From: Cupriavidus necator
GTDB lineage: Bacteria; Pseudomonadota; Gammaproteobacteria; Burkholderiales; Burkholderiaceae
DNA length: 32,000 bases
Direction of reading: 5' to 3'
Assembly (NCBI RefSeq): GCF_016127575.1
Contig: NZ_CP066020.1
Span: 1 to 32,000, forward strand
Shown: positions 16,578-29,277 of the stretch, one piece after another
How positions within the stretch are numbered: position 1 is the stretch's first letter
Layout: every line of letters starts with the position of its first letter
Translations under genes and position numbers: made by a program
The notes under the pieces: model-generated
The model's input: only the letters and a program-made list of their open reading frames with translations
What the model was told of the DNA's origin: nothing
Databases searched by the model: none

Positions 16578-17816
16578 TCAGCTGGCGGCCCGTTGCTCCA
16601 GCACGTCCAGTGCGGGCAGCTTCTTGCCTTCCAGGAATTCCAGGAACGCGCCGCCGCCGGTCGAGATGTAGCCCACGCGGTCGGCAATGCCGTACTTGGC
16701 GATGGCGGCCAGCGTGTCGCCGCCGCCGGCGATCGAGAACGCCTTCGACTCGGCGATGGCCTGTGCCAGCACCCTGGTGCCATTGCCGAACTGGTCGAAT
16801 TCGAACACGCCAACCGGGCCATTCCAGACGATGGTGCCGGCGGCCTTGAGCTGGTCGGCCAGCATGGCCGCGGTCTTCGGGCCGATGTCGAGAATCATGT
16901 CGTCGTCGGCCACGTCCCTGACGTCCTTGACCGCGGCCGCGGCGGTGGCGCTGAACTCCTTGGCGCACACCACGTCGACCGGGATCGGCACCGAGGCGCC
17001 GCGGGCGGCCATGATGTCGATGATGGCCCTGGCATCGGCCAGCAGGTCAGGCTCGGCCAGCGACTTGCCGATCTTCAGGCCGGCGGCCAGCATGAAGGTA
17101 TTGGCGATGCCGCCGCCGACGACCAGGTTGTCGACCTTGTCGGCCAGCGACTTCAGGATGGTCAGCTTGGTCGAGACCTTGGAGCCGGCCACGATCGCCA
17201 CCAGCGGACGCGCCGGCTGGCCCAGCGCCTTGCCCAACGCGTCGATCTCGGCGGCCAGAAGCGGGCCGGCGCAGGCAACGGGGGCGTACCTGGCGATGCC
17301 ATGCGTGGTCGCCTCGGCGCGGTGGGCGGTGCCGAAGGCGTCGTTGACGTAGACATCGCACAGCGCCGCCATCTTCTGCGCCAGCTCGTCGCTGTTCTTC
17401 TTTTCGCCCGTGTTCATGCGGCAGTTTTCCAGCAGCACCACCTGCCCGGGCGGCACCTGGAAGCCGCCCTCGGTCCAGCCGGACAACAGCGGCACCTGGC
17501 GGCCCAGCAGTTCCGACAGGCGGCGGCCCACCGGCGCCAGGCTGTGGCGCGGGTCGGGCGCCCCCTCCTGCGGCCGGCCCAGGTGCGAGGTGACCATCAC
17601 CGCAGCGCCCGCCTGCAGGCAGGCCGCGATGGCAGGCACGGAAGCACGGATGCGGGTATCGTCGGTGATATCGCCCGCTGCATCCTGCGGGACGTTGAGG
17701 TCGGCGCGGATAAAGACACGCTTGCCGGCCAGCCCGCCAGCGGCGAGCAGTGCGGCCAGCGTGTGCGGCGCCGTGGGATTCGTGTGCGGGACCGATGCAT
17801 GGGATAGGCTCATCAT
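16578..17816 (-). CDS. cbbK: Phosphoglycerate kinase
   Basis: 412 aa, ...[13 protein letters not shown]... and ...[19 protein letters not shown]...; starts 9 nt after the cbbG stop. Confidence 0.95.
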   Translation of the reverse strand: MMSLSHASVPHTNPTAPHTLAALLAAGGLAGKRVFIRADLNVPQDAAGDITDDTRIRASVPAIAACLQAGAAVMVTSHLGRPQEGAPDPRHSLAPVGRRLSELLGRQVPLLSGWTEGGFQVPPGQVVLLENCRMNTGEKKNSDELAQKMAALCDVYVNDAFGTAHRAEATTHGIARYAPVACAGPLLAAEIDALGKALGQPARPLVAIVAGSKVSTKLTILKSLADKVDNLVVGGGIANTFMLAAGLKIGKSLAEPDLLADARAIIDIMAARGASVPIPVDVVCAKEFSATAAAAVKDVRDVADDDMILDIGPKTAAMLADQLKAAGTIVWNGPVGVFEFDQFGNGTRVLAQAIAESKAFSIAGGGDTLAAIAKYGIADRVGYISTGGGAFLEFLEGKKLPALDVLEQRAAS

Positions 17817-17825
17817 GGCAACCTG

Positions 17826-18836
17826 CTAGCGTGCGTGGGCCAGTGCCACCGCGGTATCCAGCATGCGGTTGGAGAAGCCCCATTCGTTGTCATACCAGGC
17901 CGACACCTTGACCAGCGTGCCGTTGACCTTGGTCAGGGTGGCGTCGAAAGTGGATGAGGCCGGGTTGTGGTTGAAGTCCACCGAGACCAGCGGCGCGGTG
18001 TTGTAGTCCAGGATGCCCTTGAGCTCGCCTTCGGCGGCTGCCTTCAGGATGCCGTTCACTTCCTCAACGGTGGTCGGCCGCGCCGCCACGAAGGACAGGT
18101 CGACCAGCGACACATTGATCGTCGGCACGCGCACGGCAAAGCCGTCCAGCCGGCCGTCCAGCTCAGGCATCACCAGCCCGACCGCGGCGGCGGCGCCGGT
18201 CTTGGTCGGGATCATCGACATGGTGGCCGAGCGCGCCCGGCGCAGGTCTTCGTGGTAGACGTCGGTCAGCACCTGGTCATTGGTATAGGAATGCACCGTG
18301 GTCATCAGGCCGTTCACCACGCCCAGCTTCTCGTGCAGTGGCTTGACCAGCGGTGCCAGGCAGTTGGTGGTGCACGAGGCGTTGGAGATCACCGTGTCGG
18401 TCGCCTTCAGCACGCCGTGGTTGACGCCATAGACGATGGTGGCGTCCACGTCCTTGCCGCCGGGGGCGGAGATGATCACCTTCTTCGCGCCGCCCTTCAG
18501 ATGGGCCGAGGCCTTCTCCTTGCTGGTGAAGAGCCCGGTGCATTCCATCACCACGTCCACGCCCAGTTCGCCCCACGGCAGCTCGGCCGGGTTGCGCTGT
18601 GCCAGCACGCGGATCCGGTCCCCGTTGACGCGGAAGGCATCGCCGTCGACCGAGACCTCGCCCGGGAAGCGGCCGTGGACGGTGTCGTACTGGGTCAGGT
18701 GGGCGTTGGTGGCCGCGTTGCCGAGATCGTTGATGGCGACGATCTCGAGATCGTGCCGCTTGCCGCCTTCATAGTGGGCGCGCAGCACATTGCGGCCGAT
18801 GCGTCCGTAGCCGTTGATGGCAACCTTGATAGTCAT
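17826..18836 (-). CDS. cbbG: Glyceraldehyde-3-phosphate dehydrogenase
   Basis: The true start is [20 protein letters not shown] (ATG at 18836), giving 336 aa with the active-site [12 protein letters not shown]. The 601-aa track ORF is a spurious upstream extension across cbbZ. Confidence 0.95.
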   Translation of the reverse strand: MTIKVAINGYGRIGRNVLRAHYEGGKRHDLEIVAINDLGNAATNAHLTQYDTVHGRFPGEVSVDGDAFRVNGDRIRVLAQRNPAELPWGELGVDVVMECTGLFTSKEKASAHLKGGAKKVIISAPGGKDVDATIVYGVNHGVLKATDTVISNASCTTNCLAPLVKPLHEKLGVVNGLMTTVHSYTNDQVLTDVYHEDLRRARSATMSMIPTKTGAAAAVGLVMPELDGRLDGFAVRVPTINVSLVDLSFVAARPTTVEEVNGILKAAAEGELKGILDYNTAPLVSVDFNHNPASSTFDATLTKVNGTLVKVSAWYDNEWGFSNRMLDTAVALAHAR

Positions 18837-18895
18837 GCTGTCTCCTTTACTTGTCTTGGTATCCTTGCCGGTCGCGCCTGCGCGCCGGCGCAATA

Positions 18896-19591
18896 TCAGG
18901 CGGCGGGCGCCAGCCGCGCCGGCGTCAGCAGCGCCGGCAACGCCTCCAGCGAATCGACCAGCGCGTCCGCGCCCAGCGCCGCGGGCCCGCCGGGGCCGGC
19001 GTAGCCATAGCGCACCAGGCAGACCGGGATGCCGGCCGCGCGCGCCGCCGCCACGTCCACGGCCGAATCCCCCACCAGCACACCCTGCGCCGCATCGACG
19101 TCGAGCAGATTGCAGGCATGCCGCAGCGGCTCGGGGTCGGGCTTCATCTGCGCGATCGAGTCGCCCGCCACCAGCACTTCCAGGTACTGCGACAACCCGG
19201 TCAGCGCCAGCAGCGGCACCGCCAGCGCGCGCGGCTTGTTGGTGACGCAGGCAAGCCGGTAGCCTTGCCGCCTGAGCGCGGCCAGTCCGGCCTCCACGCC
19301 CGGGAACACGGAGCCGAGGCGGCCGTTGGTGTCGGCATAGTGGCGATGGAACATCGCCACGGCATCGGTAGCGTCCACCCTTGGCGCGAGCTGCGCGGTC
19401 TCCAGCACACGCCGCACCAGGTTCGGCACGCCACGGCCGATGAAGCCGGCCACGGTGCCGAATGGTAGTGCCGGGCTGCCGAGGTCGGCCAGCATGCGGT
19501 TGGCGGCCTCGACAATGTCGGGCGCGCAGTCGACCAGCGTGCCGTCCAGGTCGATCAACACCGCGGTGCAGGGCAGGGATACGGTAGCCAT
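18896..19591 (-). CDS. cbbZ: 2-Phosphoglycolate phosphatase (HAD superfamily)
   Basis: [21 protein letters not shown]... carries the HAD DxDGT motif. The ATG at 19591 overlaps the cbbT TGA by 1 nt (TGATG). Confidence 0.9.
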   Translation of the reverse strand: MATVSLPCTAVLIDLDGTLVDCAPDIVEAANRMLADLGSPALPFGTVAGFIGRGVPNLVRRVLETAQLAPRVDATDAVAMFHRHYADTNGRLGSVFPGVEAGLAALRRQGYRLACVTNKPRALAVPLLALTGLSQYLEVLVAGDSIAQMKPDPEPLRHACNLLDVDAAQGVLVGDSAVDVAAARAAGIPVCLVRYGYAGPGGPAALGADALVDSLEALPALLTPARLAPAA

Positions 19592-21603
19592 CAAGCGTCC
19601 TCCAGCAGCACGCGCGCGGCGGCCGCGACATGCGCCGGGGTCAGGCCAAAGTGCTGGTACAGCGCCTCGGCCGGCGCGGATTCGCCGAAGCTGTCGATGC
19701 CCAGCGCCAGGCCCTGCTCGCCCACCACGCCCCGCCAGTACCAGGTGGCGCCGGCCTCCACGCTGATGCGCGGCAAGCCTGGCGGCAGCACGCTGTCGCG
19801 GTACGCCGCGTCCTGCGCGTAGAACAGCTCGACGCAGGGCATGGACACCACGCGCGCGGCGATGCCGGCATCGGCCAGGTCCAGCGCCGCGCGCGCGGCG
19901 ATTTCCACCTCGGAGCCAGTGGCGATCAGCACCACGCGCGGCGCCGGCACATCGCGCAGCACATAGCCGCCACGCGCGATATCCGCACGCTGGGCCGCAT
20001 CGCGCTCGAACGGCATCAGCGCCTGCCGCGACAGCACCAGGCAGGTCGGGCCATTCTCACGCTGCAGCGCGGCCAGCCACGCATACGCGGTCTCGGCGCC
20101 GTCGCAGGGGCGCCAGACCTGGTTGTTGGGGATCAGCCGCAGGCTGGCGGCGTGTTCCACTGGCTGGTGGGTGGGACCGTCCTCGCCAAGTCCGATCGAG
20201 TCATGGGTCAGCACGTGCACCACGCGCAGGCGCATCAGCGCCGCCATGCGGATGGCATTGCGCGAATAGTCCGAGAACGTCATGAAGGTGCCGCCGTAGG
20301 GGATCAGGCCGCCATGCAGCGCAATGCCGTTCATGACGGCGGCCATGCCGAACTCGCGCACGCCGTAGCTCACATAGTTGCCATGCCCGGCATGGTTGAC
20401 CCAGACCGACGCCTTGACATTGGTCAGGTTGGACCCGGTCAGGTCGGCCGAGCCGCCCAGCAGCTCGGGCAAGGCGGGCGTGAGCGCCTCCAGGCACAGC
20501 TGCGATGCCTTGCGCGTGGCGATCTTGCCTTGCAGCGGCGACGGCGCGTCCAGCAACGCCATCAATTCGGCATCGAAGCCCTCGGGCAGGCGGCCATTGG
20601 CACGGCGCACGAATTCTTCGGCCAGTTCGGGGTGCGCGGCGCAATAGCTGACGAAGCGCGCCTCCCATTCGGCCTCGCGCGCGGCGCCTTGCGCGCGTGC
20701 ATCCCAGGCGTCGGCGACATCCGCCGGCACCGTGAAGGGCTCGGCTTCCCAGCCCAGCGCGGTGCGCATGGCGGCGATCTCCGGCGCGCCCAGCGGGGCG
20801 CCGTGCACATCGTGCCCGCCGGCCTTGGCGGGCGCGCCCTTGCCGATCACGGTGCGGCAGCAGATCAGCGTGGGCCGGTCGCGCTCGGCCTTGGCCTCGT
20901 GCAGCGCGGCATCGAGGGCGTGCGCATCGTGTCCGTCGACGTCCGCAATCACATGCCAGCCATAGGCGGCAAAGCGCTTCGGGGTGTCGTCGGCAAACCA
21001 GCCGGCGACCTCGCCGTCGATGGAGATACCGTTGTCGTCGTACAGGCAGATCAGCTTGCCCAGCCCGAGCGTACCCGCCAGCGAGCAGGCCTCGTGGCTG
21101 AGCCCTTCCATCAGGCAGCCATCGCCGAGGAAGACATAGGTGTGGTGGTCGACGATGTCGAAGCCGGGGCGGTTGAAGGTGGCGGCCAGCAGCTTCTCCG
21201 CCAGCGCCATGCCGACGGCATTGGCGAGGCCCTGACCCAGCGGCCCGGTGGTGGTTTCCACACCCGGCGTCACGTCGACTTCCGGATGCCCCGGCGTGAC
21301 CGCGTGCAACTGGCGGAACTGGCGCAGCTGCGACATCGGCAGGTCGTAGCCGGTGAGATGCAGCAGCGCGTACTGCAGCATGGAGGCATGGCCGTTGGAC
21401 AGCACGAAGCGGTCACGGTCGGGCCAGGCCGGGTTGGCCGGGTTGTGGCGCAGGTGGCGCCGCCACACGACCTCGGCCATCTCGGCCATGCCCATGGGGG
21501 CGCCGGGGTGGCCGGAGCGGGCCAACTCCACCGCGTCGGCGGCCAGGAAGCGCAGCGCGTTGGCGCAACGCGCTGCGGGGTCGATGCGTTCGGGTGCGTT
21601 CAT
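19591..21603 (-). CDS. cbbT: Transketolase
   Basis: 670 aa, ...[17 protein letters not shown]...[19 protein letters not shown]..., with ThDP-binding and transketolase motifs. Confidence 0.95.
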   Translation of the reverse strand: MNAPERIDPAARCANALRFLAADAVELARSGHPGAPMGMAEMAEVVWRRHLRHNPANPAWPDRDRFVLSNGHASMLQYALLHLTGYDLPMSQLRQFRQLHAVTPGHPEVDVTPGVETTTGPLGQGLANAVGMALAEKLLAATFNRPGFDIVDHHTYVFLGDGCLMEGLSHEACSLAGTLGLGKLICLYDDNGISIDGEVAGWFADDTPKRFAAYGWHVIADVDGHDAHALDAALHEAKAERDRPTLICCRTVIGKGAPAKAGGHDVHGAPLGAPEIAAMRTALGWEAEPFTVPADVADAWDARAQGAAREAEWEARFVSYCAAHPELAEEFVRRANGRLPEGFDAELMALLDAPSPLQGKIATRKASQLCLEALTPALPELLGGSADLTGSNLTNVKASVWVNHAGHGNYVSYGVREFGMAAVMNGIALHGGLIPYGGTFMTFSDYSRNAIRMAALMRLRVVHVLTHDSIGLGEDGPTHQPVEHAASLRLIPNNQVWRPCDGAETAYAWLAALQRENGPTCLVLSRQALMPFERDAAQRADIARGGYVLRDVPAPRVVLIATGSEVEIAARAALDLADAGIAARVVSMPCVELFYAQDAAYRDSVLPPGLPRISVEAGATWYWRGVVGEQGLALGIDSFGESAPAEALYQHFGLTPAHVAAAARVLLEDA

Positions 21604-21612
21604 CTCGGCTCC

Positions 21613-22491
21613 TTACAGCGCGGCGCGCTTGCGGCGCTCCATCATGCGCAGCACGAAGGGCGTGAAGATCAGCTGCATGGCCAGTTCCATCTTGCCGCCC
21701 GGCACCACGATGGTGTTGGCGCGCGACATGAAGGAGTCGTGGATCATGCTCAGCAGGTACTGGAAGTCGATCCCCTTCGGGTTGGCAAAGCGGATCACCA
21801 CCATGCTTTCATCGGGCGCGGGGATTTCGCGCGAGATAAAGGGGTTGGACGTGTCCACGCACGGCACCCGCTGGAAGTTCACATGCGTGCGCGAGAACTG
21901 CGGGCAGATGTAGTTCACGTAGTCCGGCATGCGGCGCAGGATGGTGTCGGTCACGGCCTCGGTCGAGTAGCCGCGCTGTTTCTTGTCGCGCCAGAGCTTC
22001 TGAATCCACTCCAGGTTGATGACGGGCACCACGCCGATCAGCAGGTTGGGATACTGGGCGACATTGACCTCGTCGGTGACCACGCCGCCGTGCAGGCCTT
22101 CGTAGAACAGCAGGTCGGTATCGGCCGGCAATGGCTCCCACGCGGTGAAGGTGCCGGGCTGCTGCCCGAACGGCGCGGCCTCCTCCGTGCTGTGCAGATA
22201 GCGCCGGCGCATGCCCGTGCCGGATTCCGCGTAGGAGCGGAACAGGCTCTCCAGGTCGCCGAACAGGTTGTTCTCCGCGCCGAAGTGGCTGAAGTTCATA
22301 TTGCCGGTGCGTTCGGCCTCGGCCATCTTGACCTTCATCTCGGCACGGTCGTAGCGGTGGAAGCTGTCGCCTTCGATCACGACCGACTTCACGCCTTCAC
22401 GGCAGAAGATGTTCTCGAAGGTACGGGTCACCGACGTGGTACCGGCGCCCGAGGACCCGGTGATAGCGATAATGGGATAACGTTCTGACAT
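21613..22491 (-). CDS. cbbP: Phosphoribulokinase
   Basis: 292 aa, MSERYPIIAITGSSGAGTTSVTRTFENIF..., with the PRK P-loop and family sequence. Confidence 0.95.
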   Translation of the reverse strand: MSERYPIIAITGSSGAGTTSVTRTFENIFCREGVKSVVIEGDSFHRYDRAEMKVKMAEAERTGNMNFSHFGAENNLFGDLESLFRSYAESGTGMRRRYLHSTEEAAPFGQQPGTFTAWEPLPADTDLLFYEGLHGGVVTDEVNVAQYPNLLIGVVPVINLEWIQKLWRDKKQRGYSTEAVTDTILRRMPDYVNYICPQFSRTHVNFQRVPCVDTSNPFISREIPAPDESMVVIRFANPKGIDFQYLLSMIHDSFMSRANTIVVPGGKMELAMQLIFTPFVLRMMERRKRAAL

Positions 22492-22502
22492 GGCCAGGCA
22501 CC

Positions 22503-23597
22503 TCAGGCGGACGCGCGGAACAGGCTGCGCTCGTTGAACAGGGGACTCGGAAGGTCGGGGTCGGTCTGGTTGGTGTGGTAGCCCTCGATCCGTTCCACTT
22601 CATTGCGCGAGCCGAAGATCACGCCGATACGCTGGTGCAGCGCGCCCGGCGCCACCGACATCAGCGTCTGCCGGCCCGTGCTGGCGCGCCCGCCGGCCTG
22701 CTCCATCAGGAAGGCGATCGGGTTGGCCTCGTACAGCAGGCGAAGGCGGCCCGGCTTGGCGGGATCCTTGGTGTCGCGCGGGTACATGAAGACACCGCCG
22801 CGCATCAGGATGCGGTGCGCCTCGGCCACCATCGATGCGATCCAGCGCATATTGAAATCCTTGCCGCGCGGCCCGCTCTTGCCAGCCATGCACTCGCCGA
22901 TGTAGCGCTGCACCGGCGCTTCCCAGAAGCGGCTGTTCGACGCGTTGATGGCAAATTCCTGGGTATCGGGCGGCACCCGCAGGTGGGGGTGCGTCAGGAA
23001 GAACTCGCCCAGGTTGGGATCGAGCGTGAAGCCGTTGACGCCATTGCCCACGGTCAGCACCAGCATGGTGGTGGGACCGTAGAGCGCGTAGCCGGCCGCC
23101 ACCTGGGCGCTGCCGGGCTGCAGGAAATCCTGCTCGGTGACGGTGTCGGCGCCTTCGGGCGCGCGCAGCACCGAGAAGATGCTGCCCACTGAGACATTGA
23201 CGTCGATGTTGGACGAGCCGTCGAGCGGATCGAACACCAGCAGGTACTTGCCGCGCGGGTAGTTCTCCGGGATCTGGTAAGGCGCCTCCATCTCCTCCGA
23301 CGCCATGCCGGCCAGGTAGCCGCCCCACTCGTTGACGCGCAGGAAAGTGGTATTGCTCAGCACGTCCAGCTTCTGCTGGATCTCGCCTTGCACGTTGACG
23401 GCCCCCTCTTCTCCAGCTTGAGTGCTGGCCTTGCCGTGCAAGCCCCCCAGCGCGCCGAAGGCAACCGCGCGCGCAATTTCCTTGCAGGCCATGGCGACGT
23501 TGAGAATCAGGCCGTTGAAGCCACCGCTGGCGTCCGGATAGCGGCGGCGTTCCTCGATCAGGAACTGCGTCAGGGTCATCCGCTGGACTTCGGGCAT
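22503..23597 (-). CDS. cbbF: Fructose-1,6-/sedoheptulose-1,7-bisphosphatase (class I)
   Basis: 364 aa, [19 protein letters not shown]...[22 protein letters not shown]..., FBPase class I motifs. Confidence 0.95.
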   Translation of the reverse strand: MPEVQRMTLTQFLIEERRRYPDASGGFNGLILNVAMACKEIARAVAFGALGGLHGKASTQAGEEGAVNVQGEIQQKLDVLSNTTFLRVNEWGGYLAGMASEEMEAPYQIPENYPRGKYLLVFDPLDGSSNIDVNVSVGSIFSVLRAPEGADTVTEQDFLQPGSAQVAAGYALYGPTTMLVLTVGNGVNGFTLDPNLGEFFLTHPHLRVPPDTQEFAINASNSRFWEAPVQRYIGECMAGKSGPRGKDFNMRWIASMVAEAHRILMRGGVFMYPRDTKDPAKPGRLRLLYEANPIAFLMEQAGGRASTGRQTLMSVAPGALHQRIGVIFGSRNEVERIEGYHTNQTDPDLPSPLFNERSLFRASA

Positions 23598-23647
23598 GAC
23601 AGGTCTCCTATAGATTGGCTATGTATTCTTGTGTGGTGCCGTGCGGG

Positions 23648-24373
23648 CTACGTGATGGTGGCGGCCTCGCGCAAGCGGTGCAGGATGCCCCGGTAGCCGC
23701 CGTCGGCATCCGGCGCGCCGAACACGGCGCTGCCGGCCACGAAGGTGTCGGCGCCCGCACGGGCGATCTCAGTGATGTTGTCGGCCTTGACGCCGCCGTC
23801 GATCTCCAGCCAGACCGGCCGCCCGCCGGCGGCCACTTGCCGGTCGATGCGCGCCCGTGCCTGGCGCACCTTGTCCAGCACGCCCGGAATGAAGGCCTGG
23901 CCGCCGAAGCCCGGGTTCACGCTCATCAGCAGCACCAGGTCGAGCTTGTCCAGCGTGTGGTCCAGCCAGCTCAGCGGCGTGGCCGGGTTCAGCACCAGGC
24001 CGGCCTTGCAGCCGTGGTCGCGGATCAGGCCGATGGTGCGGTCCACATGGCGGCTCGCTTCCGGATGGAAGCTGATGAGGTTGGCGCCGGCCTTGGCGAA
24101 CATCGGGATCAGCGCATCGACCGGCTCCACCATCAGGTGCACGTCGATGGGGATCGAAACCAGCGGCCGGATTGCCTCGCACACCAGCGGGCCGATGGTC
24201 AGGTTGGACACATAGTGGTTGTCCATCACATCGAAGTGCACCAGGTCCGCGCCGCCGGCCTCGATCGCGCACACCTCTTCGCCCAGGCGCGCGAAATCGG
24301 CCGACAGGATGGATGGCGCCAGGCGGATGGCGCGCTGGCTGCCATGGCCGGTGTTGGGTTCGGTGGCATGCAT
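23648..24373 (-). CDS. cbbE: Ribulose-5-phosphate 3-epimerase
   Basis: 241 aa, ...[19 protein letters not shown]...[17 protein letters not shown]... Confidence 0.95.
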   Translation of the reverse strand: MHATEPNTGHGSQRAIRLAPSILSADFARLGEEVCAIEAGGADLVHFDVMDNHYVSNLTIGPLVCEAIRPLVSIPIDVHLMVEPVDALIPMFAKAGANLISFHPEASRHVDRTIGLIRDHGCKAGLVLNPATPLSWLDHTLDKLDLVLLMSVNPGFGGQAFIPGVLDKVRQARARIDRQVAAGGRPVWLEIDGGVKADNITEIARAGADTFVAGSAVFGAPDADGGYRGILHRLREAATIT

Positions 24374-24374
24374 G

Positions 24375-25139
24375 TCAGGTCGCCTCGATCAGGGTGCCGT
24401 GGTGCCAGGCGCGCAACGCGGCAAGGTCGGCCCAGCGGTGTGCCGCGCCGGGCACGTGCTGGGGCATGGGTTCGGCGGGATCGCCAAGATGCGGCAGCAC
24501 CAGCAGCGCGCCCTCGAAGGAATCCTGCGCGCTGAAGGTGGTGGGCGTGACAACGGTGGGAATGCCGGCCGCCCGGGCGGCGCGCAATCCGTTCCCCGAG
24601 TCCTCGATGGCCAGGCAATCGCCGGCCTCCAGGCCGAGCCGCTCCAGCACGGCCAGGTAAACATCGGGCGCAGGCTTCTTGATCGCGGTGGTGCCGGCGT
24701 CGCAGATGGCAGCAAAGCGCCCGCGCCAGTCCGCGCCAAGGTGCGCCTGCAGCAGCGCGTCAAGGTTGGCCGGCGTGGTGGTGGTGGCAATCGCGAGCGG
24801 GAGGCCGGCCTCGCCGGCCTCTGCGATCAGGCGGGCAATGCCCGGGCGCAGCGGCAGGCCGCCCGCCCCAACGCGCTCGGCGTAGTGGCGGGTCTTGATG
24901 GCGTGCACGGCGTCGATGGTTTCCTTCACCTTGCAGCCGCGGGCCTCTTCCGGGTCGACCATGCGCCAGTAATGCATCAGGCGCTCCTTGCCGCCGGCGA
25001 CCTTGAGCAGGCGCGTGTAGAGCGGCGCGTCCCAGTGCCAGTCCAGGCCGACCTCGGCGAAGGCGGCATTGAAGGCTTGCAGGTGAGCGGTTTCGGTATC
25101 GGCGAGCGTGCCGTCGACATCGAAGATCAGGGCTTGCAT
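24375..25139 (-). CDS. cbbY: HAD-family phosphatase CbbY (xylulose-1,5-bisphosphate phosphatase type)
   Basis: 254 aa, [16 protein letters not shown]...; lies 3 nt after the cbbX stop and ends 1 nt before the cbbE start. Confidence 0.9.
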   Translation of the reverse strand: MQALIFDVDGTLADTETAHLQAFNAAFAEVGLDWHWDAPLYTRLLKVAGGKERLMHYWRMVDPEEARGCKVKETIDAVHAIKTRHYAERVGAGGLPLRPGIARLIAEAGEAGLPLAIATTTTPANLDALLQAHLGADWRGRFAAICDAGTTAIKKPAPDVYLAVLERLGLEAGDCLAIEDSGNGLRAARAAGIPTVVTPTTFSAQDSFEGALLVLPHLGDPAEPMPQHVPGAAHRWADLAALRAWHHGTLIEAT

Positions 25140-25142
25140 GGC

Positions 25143-26096
25143 TTACTCCTTGGCCGGCGTCTGTGCGGCTGGCGCGGCCTTCGAAAACACGCGGCTGGCC
25201 AGCAGGTCAGACGCCGTGATGGTGGTCAGGGTACGGTCGTCGGCGACCGTGCCGGCATCGTCCAGCAGGCGCGAGGCATGGCGCAGCCGCGCGCGGTCCA
25301 GCGCATTGCGCACGCTGCGGGCATTGGCAAAGTGCGGCTGCGCCATGCGCCGGGCCAGGTAATCCGCAAACACGGCCCGGCTTTCGTCGTCAAAGCGGTA
25401 CTGCATCTCGGCCAGCATCAGGTCGGCGATCTGACGCAGCTCGTCGAGCTGGTAGTCAGGGAAATCGACATGGTGGGCAACGCGCGAGGACATGCCCGGG
25501 TTGGACTCGAAGAAGCGGTCCATGCGGTCCTTGTAGCCGGCCAGGATCACCACCAGGTCATCGCGGTTGTTCTCCATCACCTGCAGCAGGATCTCGATGG
25601 CCTCCTGGCCGTAGTCGCGCTCGTTCTCCGGGCGGTAGAGGTAGTAGGCCTCGTCGATGAAGAGCACCCCGCCCAAGGCCTTCTTCAGGATCTCCTTGGT
25701 CTTGGGCGCGGTATGGCCGATGTACTGGCCGACCAGGTCGTCGCGGGTCACCGCCACCAGGTGGCCGCGCCGCACGTAGCCAAGCTGGTGCAGGATCTGC
25801 GCCATGCGCATAGCCACGGTGGTCTTGCCAGTGCCGGGATTACCGGTGAAGCACATATGCAGGCTGGGCGCACCGGCGCTGAAGCCGCGCGCGGCGCGCA
25901 GCTTGTCCACCAGCAGCAAGGCGGCAATATCGCGAATGCGCGCTTTCACCGGCTTCAGTCCGATCAGTTCACGGTCGAGCTGGGCCAGCAGCTCGGTGAT
26001 GCCCGAGCTGGCCAGCGATTCGGCCAGCGATCCAGGCAGCGATGCGGCCTGGGCAGCTGGTGGCTGCAGCGGTGCGGTCGTTTCGGGTGCGGACAT
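25143..26096 (-). CDS. cbbX: AAA+ red-type RuBisCO activase CbbX
   Basis: 317 aa with Walker [14 protein letters not shown] and Walker [12 protein letters not shown]. Confidence 0.95.
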   Translation of the reverse strand: MSAPETTAPLQPPAAQAASLPGSLAESLASSGITELLAQLDRELIGLKPVKARIRDIAALLLVDKLRAARGFSAGAPSLHMCFTGNPGTGKTTVAMRMAQILHQLGYVRRGHLVAVTRDDLVGQYIGHTAPKTKEILKKALGGVLFIDEAYYLYRPENERDYGQEAIEILLQVMENNRDDLVVILAGYKDRMDRFFESNPGMSSRVAHHVDFPDYQLDELRQIADLMLAEMQYRFDDESRAVFADYLARRMAQPHFANARSVRNALDRARLRHASRLLDDAGTVADDRTLTTITASDLLASRVFSKAAPAAQTPAKE

Positions 26097-26202
26097 GGCA
26101 GGCTCCGTGAGGATCGTTCACCTCGATAAATTCGAGGCGCAGCTCCCCCCGGACGCGCAGCCTGGCGGCGGCGCAACCGTGGGATGGCACAGTCAGGAAA
26201 TC

Positions 26203-26235
26203 GCCGGCGGCAGCGTCGTGGCAGCGCCGCGCGGC
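26203..26235 (-). terminator. Candidate stem-loop / partial terminator between cbbS and cbbX
   Basis: GCCGGCGGC (26203-26211) can pair with GCCGC(G)CGGC (26226-26235), giving 9 bp with one bulge and a 14-nt loop. On the mRNA it sits about 18 nt after the cbbS stop and is followed only by GAUUUCC, so there is no strong U-tract. It lies in the largest gap of the operon (156 nt). Confidence 0.3.
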
Positions 26236-26252
26236 GGTTCAGCCGGTGCCGC

Positions 26253-26672
26253 TCAGTAGCGGCTGCCCTCGGGGCGCGCCTGCACGGCGTAGCTCTCGAT
26301 CGAATAGCGGATCGTGCGGCCGGGCTCTTCCTGGCGCACCAGGCGGAAGCCGGGCTCGTCGGCCGGACGATTCACGATGAACGACATCACCACCGACTCC
26401 ACCGTATGCGTCGAATCGAAGGCCGTGACGCGGATGTAGTGGTTGGGGAAGGTGCTGCGCGCGTTGTTGATCTCCAGCAGGATGCCGGCGGCATCGCGCA
26501 GGTCGAACATCGGCAGGCCGAACATCTCCCAGTAGGTATTGCGCGGATGCGGGTCGTCGGTGTACTCGATGCCGACCGCCCAGCCCTGGTTCAGGCAGTA
26601 TTCAAGCTGGCTGGTGATCTGCGCGTCGGTGAGGTCGGGCAGGAAAGAGAAAGTGCCTTGAGTAATACGCAT
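26253..26672 (-). CDS. cbbS: RuBisCO small subunit (form IC)
   Basis: 139 aa, MRITQGTFSFLPDLTDAQITSQLEYCLNQGWAVGIEYTDDPHPRNTYWEMFGLPMF... Confidence 0.97.
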   Translation of the reverse strand: MRITQGTFSFLPDLTDAQITSQLEYCLNQGWAVGIEYTDDPHPRNTYWEMFGLPMFDLRDAAGILLEINNARSTFPNHYIRVTAFDSTHTVESVVMSFIVNRPADEPGFRLVRQEEPGRTIRYSIESYAVQARPEGSRY

Positions 26673-26729
26673 GATGTCCTCTCGTTCTTTGGGTTCGCTC
26701 GTCGTGCCTTGGTGGCGTCGCGCCAGGGC

Positions 26730-28277
<1,548 letters not shown>

Positions 28278-28357
28278 TTAGACACCGTATAAGCAATCCC
28301 TTAAGTGCGACCCAGACTGCACATCACGGAACCATTCAAAAGCCGCCCCCACTGCTC

Positions 28358-29277
28358 ATGTCCTTCCTGCGCGCCCTCACCCTTCGCCAGTTGCTAGCTT
28401 CGTGCGCGCCGCCGAGGAACTGCACCTGACCCAGCCAGCGGTCTCGATGCAGGTCAAGCAGCTCGAATCCGTGGTCGGCCTGGCGCTGTTCGAACGGGTC
28501 AAGGGACAGTTCACGCTGCGCCCGGCGACCGCCTGCTGCCACCATGCGTCCCGGATCCTCGGCGAGGTCAAGGACGCCGAGGAATGCCTGCAGGCCGTCA
28601 AGGACGTCAGCAGGGGTCGATCACGATCGGGCTGATCAGCACGTCGAAATACTTCGCGCCCAAGCTGCTCGCGCGGTATACGGAACGCTATCCGGGCGTG
28701 GATGTCCGCTTCGCCGAAGGCAACCGCGAAACGCTACTGCGCCTGCTGCAGGACAACGCGATCGACCTCGCCCTGATGGGCCGGCCGCCGCGCAAACTCG
28801 ACGCCGTGTCCGAACCCATCGCCTCGCATCCGCACGTGCTAGTGGCTTCGCCGCGGCATCCGCTGCGTGACGCTGAGCGCTTCGATCTGCAAGAACTACG
28901 CCACGAAACCTTCCTGCTGCGCGAGCCGCATTCTGGCACTCGCTCGGTGGCCGAGGAGATGTTCGGGCACCACCTCTTTGCACCGGCCAAAGTGCCCATG
29001 CTGGATAGCAATGAAACGATCAAGTAAGCGGTGATGGCCGGCATGGGCATCAGCCTGTTATCACTGCACACGCTGTCGCTGGAATTGCACACACCGGGAG
29101 ATCGCGCTGCTCGATGCGGCAGGCACGCCAATTGAGCGTGTCTGGCATGTCGTGCACATGGCTAGCAAGCGGCTGTCGCCCGCCAGCGAGCTATGTCGCA
29201 CCTTCCTGCTGGAACACACGGCGGAATATTTGGAACGGGAATACGGCGGGCTGCTGCCCGGCGGGCTTGTGGCCTAG
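28358..29277 (+). pseudogene. cbbR: Defective LysR-type activator gene cbbR'
   Basis: The ATG at 28358 gives MSFLRALTLRQLLASCAPPRNCT* (stop at 28427-29), so the frame is lost inside the HTH, apparently through a short deletion near 28393. LysR similarity continues in a second frame (FVRAAEELHLTQPAVSMQVKQLE...) and a third (QQGSITIGLISTSKYFAPKLL...). An in-frame TAA at 29025-27 sits where ...NETIK(Q)AVMAGMGI... is expected. A further frameshift near 29095 precedes ...EIALLDAAGTPIERVWHV...LVA* (stop at 29275-77). Confidence 0.9.

Noticed and set aside
17826-19631. 601-aa ORF suggesting a large N-terminal extension of GAPDH.
   Set aside because: The extension overlaps cbbZ in another frame and is Arg/Pro/Ala-rich nonsense. 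Canonical GAPDH starts at [15 protein letters not shown] (18836).
19630-22488. 952-aa plus-strand ORF antisense to cbbT/cbbP. Similar long antisense ORFs occur at 24219-26129, 26184-28265, 16572-17807, 17967-19004 and 15841-16671.
   Set aside because: Their translations are low-complexity and rich in Arg/Gly/Ala/His, with no motifs. They lie exactly opposite strongly supported cbb genes. This is the typical stop-codon-poor antisense frame of high-GC DNA.
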